Shown here: positions 18,206-26,938 of the stretch, piece after piece | How positions within the stretch are numbered: the stretch's first letter is position 1 | Layout of the letters: every line of letters starts with the position of its first letter | IMG/VR virus record: IMGVR_UViG_3300019926_000016 | Strand: one strand, 5' to 3' | Source: a virus | DNA length: 64,000 bases | Made by a program: the position numbers and the translations under genes | The notes under the pieces: model-generated | What the model saw: only the letters and a program-made list of their open reading frames with translations | The model's database searches: none | Told to the model about the DNA's origin: nothing

Positions 18206-18422
18206 CCTCGCTCCCTCCGGTCACTCACGTAGACAGCACCGCCGCCGTCTTGCGATTTAGGGGGTAAGCCGTCACGCATTTCAACCGGGGACCTCCCCCG
18301 GCCTCCTTTCGTCCCGCGATTCTCCAACAAGTAGTTATTCGAAGGTAAAAAAGGCATCGTGCGTCCCGGTCACTGCAAAAGTCACCTCACTTTCGATAAA
18401 CCGTATGACGCGATACAGAATT

Positions 18423-18908
18423 TCAGCCCGAGAATAGTTCACCTCTCAAGTGCGACGAAAGGTAATCGAACGCTTTCTGTTCTGCTCTTTGCCGAGAACC
18501 AGCGAAGATAAATTCGACGTTGTAGTGTCTCTCCCACGTATCTACGGTCCCGAAGACTTGTGATTGAGTCACGTCGTAATAGTTCAAGAAGTAATCATCG
18601 TGATACCGAGACGGATTCCGTGGTTCCTCGATGATGACCTTTAACGGCGTCTCCCACGACTTCGCCCGCTTGATTTCGTTCTTGAACCGTTCCCGGTTGT
18701 GAGTGATGCTGGAAATGAAATCAGAACCAGACTTCCGCTCGATAGCATACTCGGGATAATACGTGTCGTTCTCTTCTTCGTGAGAACAGAACTGAGCAAG
18801 CGTATAATCCCCAGTATTTAGCGTCTCGTCAACGACCGTCGCATCGAATCCATCGAAGTTCCATCCCTTCTGCTCTCTCGTGTCCCGTAGAATTTCGAGA
18901 GTCGGCAT
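18423..18908 (-). CDS. ERCC4/XPF-family nuclease
   Basis: DTREQ, GDY, IERKSGSDF. Confidence 0.85.
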   Translation of the reverse strand: MPTLEILRDTREQKGWNFDGFDATVVDETLNTGDYTLAQFCSHEEENDTYYPEYAIERKSGSDFISSITHNRERFKNEIKRAKSWETPLKVIIEEPRNPSRYHDDYFLNYYDVTQSQVFGTVDTWERHYNVEFIFAGSRQRAEQKAFDYLSSHLRGELFSG

Positions 18909-19393
18909 CAGAGATTAATCCTCCCACGGATTTTTTCGATGATGGACACAAGTTGGTCATCTTCGTAACCGATTTCAGAACCAACTCTATCGAACACAGC
19001 ATCATCAGGAGTGTTCTGGTTCGGATAATACCGACTTCCATCGGGAACATCATCATTGACGACTAACACACAGACAGCGAAGATGATAGCGTCAACATTC
19101 CATCCGATACTGCGAACATCGAGCGTGTCGAAGAGTTTCCGTCCTCGCTTCTTTTGATAGTCGTTGAGTCGAAGCGTAGACGAAAGGGAATCGAAGCGAT
19201 GAAGATTGTCTTGACGACGAACAACTTCTTTGTTTTCCCGTTTCGGGCCGTTCCACGTTCCGGTGTTGTAAGCCCTGAATCGTTTGAACTTGTATTGTTT
19301 GTGTGCCGGTGCTTCATCTGGTTGAATTGTCGTTGCGTTATTCGTGTCACTCGTTATGACATCGGGTGGTTTCTTTTCCTCTGGATATTCCAT
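18908..19393 (-). CDS. hypothetical protein, possibly a cyclin/TFB-repeat-like helical fold
   Basis: FDSLSSTLRLNDYQKKRGRKLF...IIFAVCVLV pattern; fold is a weak inference. Confidence 0.55.
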   Translation of the reverse strand: MEYPEEKKPPDVITSDTNNATTIQPDEAPAHKQYKFKRFRAYNTGTWNGPKRENKEVVRRQDNLHRFDSLSSTLRLNDYQKKRGRKLFDTLDVRSIGWNVDAIIFAVCVLVVNDDVPDGSRYYPNQNTPDDAVFDRVGSEIGYEDDQLVSIIEKIRGRINL

Positions 19394-19515
19394 TTAGAAA
19401 TTACAGACAGAGATAGTCAACATATTGCTGTAACCAGTGTAGAAGTCTCTCTACCTACTATAATAACTATACTACACTACTGTCGGCCTACTGGTCCCAG
19501 TATAATATTGAAAGT

Positions 19516-19558
19516 ATAGTAGGGAAAGAACCGAGAAGGGCGGAAGTAAACCCGACTA
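19516..19558 (+). repeat. 43-bp direct repeat, copy 1
   Basis: ATAGTAGGGAAAGAACCGAGAAGGGCGGAAGTAAACCCGACTA, identical to 44775..44817. Confidence 0.9.
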
Positions 19559-19684
19559 TACTTTACCTCTATACTGGTAACACTGTTGTACTCTGTCCTC
19601 ATTAAACAATTAGTCTGAAAAGACTTAAAGATTACGACTTGACTCTTACAGAAGGGTTAAGTCAATGGAGAATAGAAAACAACT

Positions 19685-20224
19685 ATGGATACAAAAGAGA
19701 TAACTCAATCAACGACAGAACAGGATAGTGTGAACGATGAACAGATAGCGCATCTCGCTGGCTTCTTCGATGCGGCTGGAAACATCTCTCTCAGAGTGAC
19801 AAAGGACGAAGACTACCGACTCGGATTTACGCTCCGTCCGATTGTCAGGGTCTTGCGACCAAATGAAGAAGACCCGATACTCGGGAAACTAATGGAATAT
19901 GCCGATGACGAAGCCGTGAAATACAGTCTCACTGAGATTTCTCACGGCGGCGGTGGTTCAAGCACCGGATTTGTGATTACTGATACTGACAGCATCGAAC
20001 GGTTCCTCGAACCGATGTTCGAGTATATGGTCACTCAGTATATTCGAGCGAATATAATGCTCAACGAAATTCTACCGGAATTAGAAGACGGTCAACACCG
20101 AGAGAAAGAAGGATTCGTGAGGCTCGTCAGTATCGCTGACGACATCCGTAGAGAATCTGCTTCGAGCAAGAAGGTCAAATACACGGAAGAATACTTCCGT
20201 GAGATGTGGTCAATCCCCGAGTAA
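19685..20224 (+). CDS. single-motif LAGLIDADG-family protein, probably catalytically inactive
   Basis: LAGFFDAAGNISL...YRLGFTLRP aligns with I-CreI-type motif; the catalytic acidic position is Ala. Confidence 0.75.
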   Translation: MDTKEITQSTTEQDSVNDEQIAHLAGFFDAAGNISLRVTKDEDYRLGFTLRPIVRVLRPNEEDPILGKLMEYADDEAVKYSLTEISHGGGGSSTGFVITDTDSIERFLEPMFEYMVTQYIRANIMLNEILPELEDGQHREKEGFVRLVSIADDIRRESASSKKVKYTEEYFREMWSIPE

Positions 20225-20833
20225 CATCTTCTCGGCTCTGTCGGCTTCGTCATCGAGTCCTTGTTCTCGAAGACCCTCGATGTACTTCCGCACCTTCTCG
20301 GTGTCCAACGACCCGACTTTACTCTGCTGAGTGGCGGCTTGGCGGCGTTCCGTCGATGGCATCTGTGTCGGTTCTTCGACCACCTCGATAACGTTCTCGT
20401 TCTCGTCAACGTGAACAATGGCGAAGTCTTCGGGTTCGTGTTGTTCTGGTGCGTCTTCGGGATGATTCTTCCGGCCTGCTACTTGGCCGAGATGAATCAT
20501 TACTCCGTGTTTCCCTCTGAATGGCCGCTCACAGTATGGACATAGCCGTGCCACCTGTTCGGAATTTCGTTCAGATGGGTACTTCATCTCAACTTCTCTG
20601 GTTCCAATCTCTTCCGCGTCTTCGAGGCTAATCCCTTCGGGGATTTCTCCCTGCGTTCCGTGACCGTCACCGGAACTTCTGGAGACGTGAAGATGAAGAC
20701 CCCGAGAAAGGACTTCTTTCTCACATCCCTCTACGGGACAACGTACTGTTGTCTCGTCGTTTTTGTGCTTAACCGTCTTGCCGTTGCCATCAGATGCCAT
20801 TGAGGTGTACTCGTATTCAAAGAAAGAGTCCAA
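20210..20833 (-). CDS. tandem C2H2-type zinc-finger protein
   Basis: CPVEGC...LHLHVSRSSGDGH and CPYC...MIHLGQVAGRKNH; probable start ATG 20800. Confidence 0.75.
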   Translation of the reverse strand: MDSFFEYEYTSMASDGNGKTVKHKNDETTVRCPVEGCEKEVLSRGLHLHVSRSSGDGHGTQGEIPEGISLEDAEEIGTREVEMKYPSERNSEQVARLCPYCERPFRGKHGVMIHLGQVAGRKNHPEDAPEQHEPEDFAIVHVDENENVIEVVEEPTQMPSTERRQAATQQSKVGSLDTEKVRKYIEGLREQGLDDEADRAEKMLLGD

Positions 20834-21185
20834 TCACTTAAGTCCTAACAATCGTTTAACACAAACGGTAGTTTGAACGACAGGAAAAGACGGTTCCGAA
20901 GACTTGATTCCGAAGGAGTTAAGTCAATGGACCCCGTTTAGTGTAGTAGGGAGGTCGGAAAGACAGGCTACCGCCGCTTCTCGACCACCTATTCCGGGGT
21001 CGGAACCCTCGCGGGTCACTCATCCCGATACAGTCCATTTCGAAGTCGGGGCTTTCCTCCCCGCCACTCTCAAAACTTAAGAGAGTGAAGACTGTACGGG
21101 AGACTGAGGGCTATTCGCCCTCGGAAGGTTGTGTCCCGCCACTTCGGTTGGGATTCACGCGGGGTCTGGTCGCCCCGCTCTTCGT

Positions 21186-21260
21186 GCTTGCGAAGCTGAC
21201 TGGTTCAGCACAGCCCATTTGTAAGGCTGAGTTGGGTGCGTTCGAATCCACCCGCAAGCT
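21186..21260 (+). tRNA. tRNA-Thr(UGU)-like, atypical
   Basis: Acceptor GCTTGCG/CGCAAGC, D-stem GCTG/CAGC, anticodon stem CAGCC/GGCTG with a 9-nt loop CATTTGTAA, bulged T-stem. Confidence 0.7.
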
Positions 21261-21420
21261 TTGCCGTGTTGGACTCTCCGTGGTCTGACTCGGTTTTGAG
21301 AACATCACGGAGAGGTGACGCCCGACGCCTTCACCTATTCTGGACCAGTGGGAGAAAAACCACAACGGTATCGGGAAGGAGAGCCGTTGCCCGCGATACT
21401 CCACACTAAAGAAAGGGCGA

Positions 21421-21494
21421 CGGAACCAACTTCCACGCGGCAGGAAACGTGGCTGTAGACCACGCCGTTCTCGGTTCGAGGCCGAGGGTTCCGA
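21421..21494 (+). tRNA. tRNA-Tyr(GUA)
   Basis: Acceptor CGGAACC/GGTTCCG (C1-G72, A73), CGTGG-CTGTAGA-CCACG, CTCGG-TTCGAGG-CCGAG; lacks U8. Confidence 0.8.
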
Positions 21495-21619
21495 CTCGAT
21501 GGTTTGCTCGACCTGAGCCACAATAGAGAATGGTAAAATCTGGATAGTGGCGTATCCTATGCCGACGCCAGTGACATACCGGGATACCGGGAAGAAACGT
21601 TTGGCGTCTCATAAATACC

Positions 21620-21692
21620 ACGGGAGTAGGTTAGTTCGGCCAAACTTCCTGCATTGGCGCAGGAGCCTCGGGTTCAAATCCCGGCTTCCGTA
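21620..21692 (+). tRNA. tRNA-Pro(UGG)-like, atypical
   Basis: Acceptor ACGGGAG/CTTCCGT, T-loop TTCAAAT, anticodon stem CCTGC/GCAGG with a 6-nt loop ATTGGC. Confidence 0.65.
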
Positions 21693-21693
21693 T

Positions 21694-21774
21694 TGGAGAT
21701 AGCCGAGGCGCACGGCTTGGCGAAAGTATTGCACCACTGAGTGCGCTAACGGGGTTCGAGGCCCCAGTCTCCAC
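21694..21774 (+). ncRNA. degenerate tRNA-like element without a recognisable anticodon arm
   Basis: TGGAGAT/GTCTCCA, GCCG/CGGC D-like arm, GGGG-TTCGAGG-CCCC T-arm. Confidence 0.5.
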
Positions 21775-22211
21775 TCACCCCATCAGGAGTGACATTCCGA
21801 GATGGGGGCGTTCTGCGGCGTCTCGACTGCCACTGTGGAGCCTATGCCACCTCCACCGCTGGCCGGTCAGACAAAATATCCCGAACGACAGAGCGGGATT
21901 TATGAATAAAGTATGTTGAATTGTTAAATACGTTCTCTGTCAGGAGGTGCTACGATAAGTTCAATGACAAATCATAGAACTGGGTCATAAACGGAACCGT
22001 GCAGGGTGAACCGACGCCGAGCGGCGTGTCTCAAGCTGACCACACGAATAAGTGGCGATAAGAATTGCGACACCCACCTATGCAGAATATTATCTCTAAG
22101 ACTCTTCTTGCCGTCGTTTCTTCTTCTGTATGGGCTTCACAACCCACGACGGCCTTGACGCCGACTCCTAATCAGACGGGGTAAGCACCGGGCGTCTAAA
22201 CAAATTCGGAC

Positions 22212-22285
22212 AGTCCCGTAGGGTAGCAGGCCAATCCTGTTGGTCTTTGGAACCAACGACCTCGATTCAAATTCGAGCGGGACTA
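22212..22285 (+). tRNA. tRNA-Gln(UUG)
   Basis: Canonical cloverleaf AGTCCCG/CGGGACT (A1-U72), TTGGT-CTTTGGA-ACCAA, CTCGA-TTCAAAT-TCGAG. Confidence 0.9.
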
Positions 22286-22350
22286 TTGGCCGACTCAATT
22301 GGCGTTGAGAGTCGGAAACCTCACCCAACATTACGCCACTTAAGTTACCA

Positions 22351-22878
22351 ATGACAGCAATAATCGCACTGGTCAGTGGAATCGTGAACAAATTCTCGGC
22401 GGGTAGCAATGAAGTTCAGAACGGAGCCGCCGCAGTTCGGCAAGCAATCGGAGAAGTCGAAGGTCTTCAAGAGGCTGATTTCACCGCCGTTCTCGGTGAA
22501 CCAGAGATTGTGGATAACGGGAACGTGTTCTTCACGGACCCGAAGGTAGCAGTCCCGGTCAAAGAGTCGCCGTATGACAGTTTCGACCGTCTGATGTTCG
22601 ACCTGCCTCGTGGCAGAACCGACGAAGAGTCTACGTTTTTCGAACTTCTCGATTTCTTCGGACTGGACTTCGAGACGATGGAGCAGTTGGAAGATGGAAT
22701 GATTCCAGTCTTCTACGCTAAAGGATGCTTCAATATCGACTGGGATAACCTCGATAATGGCGAAGAAGAAAACCCGGATACGGAAAACGATTCTGACACT
22801 GGAACCGATGAAGAGTCAGATAGTGCCGTCAACGTCGAAGAAACGACCATTAACTCGGGTGAAGACGAAGATGCCTAA
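22351..22878 (+). CDS. hypothetical protein
   Basis: 175-aa ORF with an acidic tail. Confidence 0.75.
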   Translation: MTAIIALVSGIVNKFSAGSNEVQNGAAAVRQAIGEVEGLQEADFTAVLGEPEIVDNGNVFFTDPKVAVPVKESPYDSFDRLMFDLPRGRTDEESTFFELLDFFGLDFETMEQLEDGMIPVFYAKGCFNIDWDNLDNGEEENPDTENDSDTGTDEESDSAVNVEETTINSGEDEDA

Positions 22879-23002
22879 CTGCCTCTGCGAACCCTGCGGC
22901 GACCACTGTTCCTGTCGGTGCCACGAGCGAAACCGGGAGACAACTTCCTCCGCCCTTCTCGAATCTGACCCTACGATTTCGAGAGAGCGGCCATTAGGAT
23001 GA
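22871..23002 (+). CDS. small Cys-rich, metallothionein-like protein (43 aa)
   Basis: MPNCLCEPCGDHCSCRCH. Confidence 0.45.
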   Translation: MPNCLCEPCGDHCSCRCHERNRETTSSALLESDPTISRERPLG

Positions 23003-23154
23003 CCTGCTACGCCGCTCGGGGGTCGTGGCCTGCGGTCAAACTTCCGGGTTTCCCTCGATTCCGACTCCCCGTGCGAGCGGGCGAGTCTGCGTAAACTTCC
23101 CTGCGGTGCTGGTTGAGAGATTGGTGTACGGCGGTTCGATTCCGTCGCTCTCAC
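22982..23154 (+). ncRNA. about 170-nt RNA with a tRNA-like domain
   Basis: GAGAGC/GCTCTC acceptor-like helix, GGCGG-TTCGATT-CCGTC T-arm, TACGCC/GGTGTA helix enclosing about 100 nt. Confidence 0.5.
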
Positions 23155-23285
23155 TTGAGGCCAAAGACTCGAAGCGCGAGAGTGGAGTCATACCAAAAGA
23201 CTCAAGCCGATGGGCCTCAACACTTTGAGTGAAGCACGTTGACGCTCGAAGTGGCGGTTCCGACAACGTGACACAACCTAAAACA

Positions 23286-24407
23286 ATGTCCCGATACGAC
23301 AACAGCGGCAACGGCGGTAGTAGCGGCGATTACGAAAACGATACCACGGTCAAACTCCAGAAGTACGCAACTCTGCGTATGGAGCCTGAAGCCGTGAAGA
23401 CTTCGAGCCACGAACAGTACGGTTCTTCTTTCATCGTCAACTTCGATGCGATGGAAGTCGTGGACGGCATCGTGTTCCAGCGAGAAGACAAGCCGCAGAC
23501 GGTAAAGGTCTTCTCTACGGACAAGTTCTTCAACCTCAACCCCGAGGATGGGCTTGTCTACGAGAACTTCAATGAAGAAGACGGCTACTCCGGTCAGATG
23601 TCTGCACAGGACATTCTCGACCACCCGCGAGTGGCTGGTTTCTCCGAGACGTTCGCTGGCGTGGATTACTTCTACAAGCCTCTCGGGGTCGTCATCGAAG
23701 AGGCCGGTGAAATCGCCACGAATGACGAACTTGAGGTTGAAGTTACCGACGACGGTACTATCGACCTTGAAGATTCCTCGATGCTCTTGTCGAACAAGTC
23801 GTGGACTCGGACGTTCGCCAAGAAACTCACCGAGGAAGGCGACGGCATCATCAACGACAACGGGAAAGACGGCGACGAGCGCGACGAAAATCCCAAGTAC
23901 GACGCTCACGAGTGGTTGGCGACAGACGAACCGACTCTTCGGAGTCAGTTGGAAGGCCGGTCGCTGGAACTGTGGGTCACTGAAGAAGAGATGGAAACCG
24001 AAGACGGAACGCAGACCTACGGAACGCCGAACCTGCTCGATGTGAAGACCGGGAACTTCGTCACTATCGACAACGGAATCTCTGACGGTGACAGTGATTC
24101 TGACGCCGACGCTGATGGCGAAAAGGCCGCCGCGACTGATGGCGGTACGAAGGCCGATTCCGGTACGGTCGAGTCGGATACTGACAGTCCCGAAACGACT
24201 GATTCGCCTGATTCGGCTGACGATTCATCTGGTCTTCCTGATGGCGTGCCGGACAGTCTGGAGAAACTAATCGACTACCTTGCCCGGAACGACAACGGTG
24301 ACGTGACGGCAGAGGATGTTCGTGACTTCTCCGAAGACGAAGTGGAGAACCCGGACGAAATCGACTGGGAGGCCGCCGCAGAAGAGGCCAACCAGCGGGC
24401 TGAGTAG
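23286..24407 (+). CDS. acidic hypothetical protein heading the replication operon
   Basis: Start at ATG 23286; acidic, low-complexity C-terminal part; an SSB/recombination role is a positional guess only. Confidence 0.8.
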   Translation: MSRYDNSGNGGSSGDYENDTTVKLQKYATLRMEPEAVKTSSHEQYGSSFIVNFDAMEVVDGIVFQREDKPQTVKVFSTDKFFNLNPEDGLVYENFNEEDGYSGQMSAQDILDHPRVAGFSETFAGVDYFYKPLGVVIEEAGEIATNDELEVEVTDDGTIDLEDSSMLLSNKSWTRTFAKKLTEEGDGIINDNGKDGDERDENPKYDAHEWLATDEPTLRSQLEGRSLELWVTEEEMETEDGTQTYGTPNLLDVKTGNFVTIDNGISDGDSDSDADADGEKAAATDGGTKADSGTVESDTDSPETTDSPDSADDSSGLPDGVPDSLEKLIDYLARNDNGDVTAEDVRDFSEDEVENPDEIDWEAAAEEANQRAE

Positions 24408-24644
24408 ATGACAGACCGTTCAGAGACGGTAGAAACCGTCACGGTGTCGGCTTCGAGGAAGGTTCAGTTGGACTCTTACGAGCCGATTGAAGCCTACGTT
24501 GCTGAGGAACACAGTGTTCCCGACGACGTGGACTACGAAGAGTGGTTGGACGAGCGACAGGACGATGTGATGGCCGCCGCTGAAGAAGCGGCGATGCGGC
24601 GTCACGAAGAGTGGGTAAGGGAGGAAGCCTTCGGAGATGACTAA
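24408..24644 (+). CDS. hypothetical protein
   Basis: 78 aa, abuts the previous stop. Confidence 0.7.
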   Translation: MTDRSETVETVTVSASRKVQLDSYEPIEAYVAEEHSVPDDVDYEEWLDERQDDVMAAAEEAAMRRHEEWVREEAFGDD

Positions 24645-25194
24645 CGAACCCGGCTACCGAGACGCTGATACTCTCTCCCGACTCTACCACGACGAGGGTC
24701 TGAAACAGCGAGAGATAGCCGAGCGTTTCGGGGTCGGGCAAGGTGTTATCTCCGATTGGATGTCTCGTCTTGACATTCAATCCCGAAACCAGTGGGAAAT
24801 CGAAGATGAAGACGCACTTCGAGAACTGTACCACGATGAGAATAAGTCGCTTGAAGAAGTTGGTGAAGAACTTGATGCAAGTGCAAAAGCAGTGCAACGG
24901 GCTATGGAGCGGTTCGAGATACCGCGACGTGACCCAAGACACACAAGAGATGCACCGACTCTCTATGTGAATGATGGGTACAAAACTTGGCACATTAATG
25001 ACTGGAACGACCAGTATAATGTCCGAGTCCATCGGCTTGTGGCTGTTGCAGAACACGGCTATGAGGCCGTGAAAAGTAACGTAGTACACCACAAGAACCG
25101 ACACAAATGCGACAACCGGACTGAAAATCTGGAGTTGATGACACAGGCTGAACACAATAGAGAACACTCCGAAGAAGCGTTCGGTGACGACTGA
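24637..25194 (+). CDS. HNH endonuclease with tandem N-terminal HTH repeats
   Basis: RVHRLVAVAEHG...VHHKNRHKCDNRTENLELMTQAEH; two LYHDE...E(I/V)xE HTH units. Confidence 0.88.
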   Translation: MTNEPGYRDADTLSRLYHDEGLKQREIAERFGVGQGVISDWMSRLDIQSRNQWEIEDEDALRELYHDENKSLEEVGEELDASAKAVQRAMERFEIPRRDPRHTRDAPTLYVNDGYKTWHINDWNDQYNVRVHRLVAVAEHGYEAVKSNVVHHKNRHKCDNRTENLELMTQAEHNREHSEEAFGDD

Positions 25195-25236
25195 CGTAGC
25201 GAAATAGCATAGCGCGGCAACCACGACCTTCTGCCT

Positions 25237-25299
25237 CTTCACGGGCCGGTTCAAAGATAGAGATACCCCCGTTCTCTATCTTGCCGAACGCCCGTGAAG
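25237..25299 (+). other. long intergenic hairpin
   Basis: CTTCACGGGC/GCCCGTGAAG closing AGATAGAGA/TCTCTATCT. Confidence 0.6.
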
Positions 25300-25316
25300 T
25301 GGCGAGACACAACCCA

Positions 25317-26783
25317 ATGAGTATCCAAGAGTACGACAATCCGACGCTGTACGAAGTATCGCAGTTGCGCGAAGATTGGGGTCTTGCTGGTGAAGAAGAC
25401 ACGCACCTTGTGGTGTTCCTGTCATTCTTCGGCGGCGGCTTCGTCGTGATGACCGGACTCTCTTCAGGCGGGAAAGACGCAGTTGTGAACGCGGCTGAAT
25501 ACTGCGTTCCCGATAACTGGGTCTATCAGATTCCCACCTCAATGAGCAAGACGGTTCTCTACGAAGACGCAAACGCAATCAACGCCTGCCCCGTCCATCG
25601 CCACAAAGACATTAGCAACATCGCCGGAAAGGATTGGCTGGAAGACATTTGGAAGCGGCACGGTGACGGGAATCCCATCAGTCACTCTTACACTGAGGTA
25701 ATGGGAGAAGAACGAACCACCGTCACGCAGACGTTGATGCCGCCAAACTGTATGATTCTGTTCCTTGCTTCAGACAATGAGCAGGTGGACATCAACGATT
25801 ACGCTGAAGTTCGGAACCGTGCCCTCGTTCTCGGGATTGACGATTCACAGGGACTCACCGAACGTGTGAACGAACGGCAGGCAAAACAGGAGGCCGGAAT
25901 CATCGAGTACAACATCGGTGAAGAACGGACGAAAGAAATCCGTGAGTACGTTTCTACGATTCCGATGCACTCCTACGGCGACGATGACCCCGGTGGATTC
26001 CTGAACCCGGTAATGCCTGCACTGGATAACCAGAACCCACTTCCACAACACTTCACGGAAGCACGCCGCGATTTCCCTCGGTTGTCTGACTTTATGAAGA
26101 GTGTTACGCTCTTCCACTACGACGACCGTATCGAGGTTCCGCAGAAGATGTGGAATGGAGAAAACCGAATCGACAACGACGTGACGCTTCTCGTCACCCC
26201 GGCTGACGCTTGGCTTGGGATGCGGGTCTTCGGTGAAAAGATGGTCCTGTCGGCTCTGAACCTTCAGGATAAGGACTTTCACCTTCTCGATTTGCTCCGT
26301 GACAATTACGGGCAACAGTTCGATGTTGGGTCGCTTCAGTCGATGATGCGACAGCGAGGGTGGAATATCACCAACAGCGACGTTCGTTCGTCGTTGAAGA
26401 ATATGAAGACCAAAGGGTACGTCCGACCCGATAAGTCCGTTACGCCGCACGAATGGACTGCCTCGGAGTTTGCCAAGCAGGTTCGTCGTGACGTGAATCT
26501 GGATTGGCCGACCATCATCGAGGATACCCGTAAACTGGTTCACGAACACTATCCGAAACCTGTGGCAATGGACTACGAACAGCAATTCCTCGAAGGCGAC
26601 GGACTGCTCGTTACCCATCCGTTCGAGGGTTACACAGTGAACCTCACGGAAGAAGAAGCAAACGAGTTAGAGCAAAAAGTCGAAGAACAAGAAGAAAAGG
26701 AGAAAGACGCCTTCGAGGGCGGAATGTACGACGATGACGACGATGACAATGACCAAAGCGGTTCACAGGGTACTCTGGTATGA
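25317..26783 (+). CDS. P-loop NTPase, putative replicative helicase
   Basis: Walker A TGLSSGGKD, conserved RAL arginine, C-terminal wHTH-like segment, adjacent to the primase; start ATG 25317. Confidence 0.65.
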   Translation: MSIQEYDNPTLYEVSQLREDWGLAGEEDTHLVVFLSFFGGGFVVMTGLSSGGKDAVVNAAEYCVPDNWVYQIPTSMSKTVLYEDANAINACPVHRHKDISNIAGKDWLEDIWKRHGDGNPISHSYTEVMGEERTTVTQTLMPPNCMILFLASDNEQVDINDYAEVRNRALVLGIDDSQGLTERVNERQAKQEAGIIEYNIGEERTKEIREYVSTIPMHSYGDDDPGGFLNPVMPALDNQNPLPQHFTEARRDFPRLSDFMKSVTLFHYDDRIEVPQKMWNGENRIDNDVTLLVTPADAWLGMRVFGEKMVLSALNLQDKDFHLLDLLRDNYGQQFDVGSLQSMMRQRGWNITNSDVRSSLKNMKTKGYVRPDKSVTPHEWTASEFAKQVRRDVNLDWPTIIEDTRKLVHEHYPKPVAMDYEQQFLEGDGLLVTHPFEGYTVNLTEEEANELEQKVEEQEEKEKDAFEGGMYDDDDDDNDQSGSQGTLV

Positions 26784-26938
26784 CTGACCATCCCTACGCA
26801 GTCGGCAACACTCTGACTCCGGGCCAAGTAGCGGAAGATGACCCAATGAGTGAGAAAGAGCGTTGTCCAAACTGCGATGAACTGGTTGAATTGACTCCCG
26901 AAAACACCTGTACGAAGTGCGGTAAAGAGGTACGTTGA
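26780..26938 (+). CDS. small CPxC-CxxCG zinc-finger protein (52 aa)
   Basis: CPNCD...CTKCG; coupled at both ends. Confidence 0.6.
   Translation: MTDHPYAVGNTLTPGQVAEDDPMSEKERCPNCDELVELTPENTCTKCGKEVR

Noticed and set aside
22155-22200. Possible twister or HDV-like ribozyme (CCTAA...CGGGGTAAGCACCG)
   Set aside because: Could not build the required pseudoknot pairings
22982-23154. Bona fide tmRNA or intron-containing tRNA
   Set aside because: No G3-U70 pair, no convincing tag frame, no U8, D-stem or anticodon stem, no bulge-helix-bulge; kept only as a tRNA-like ncRNA
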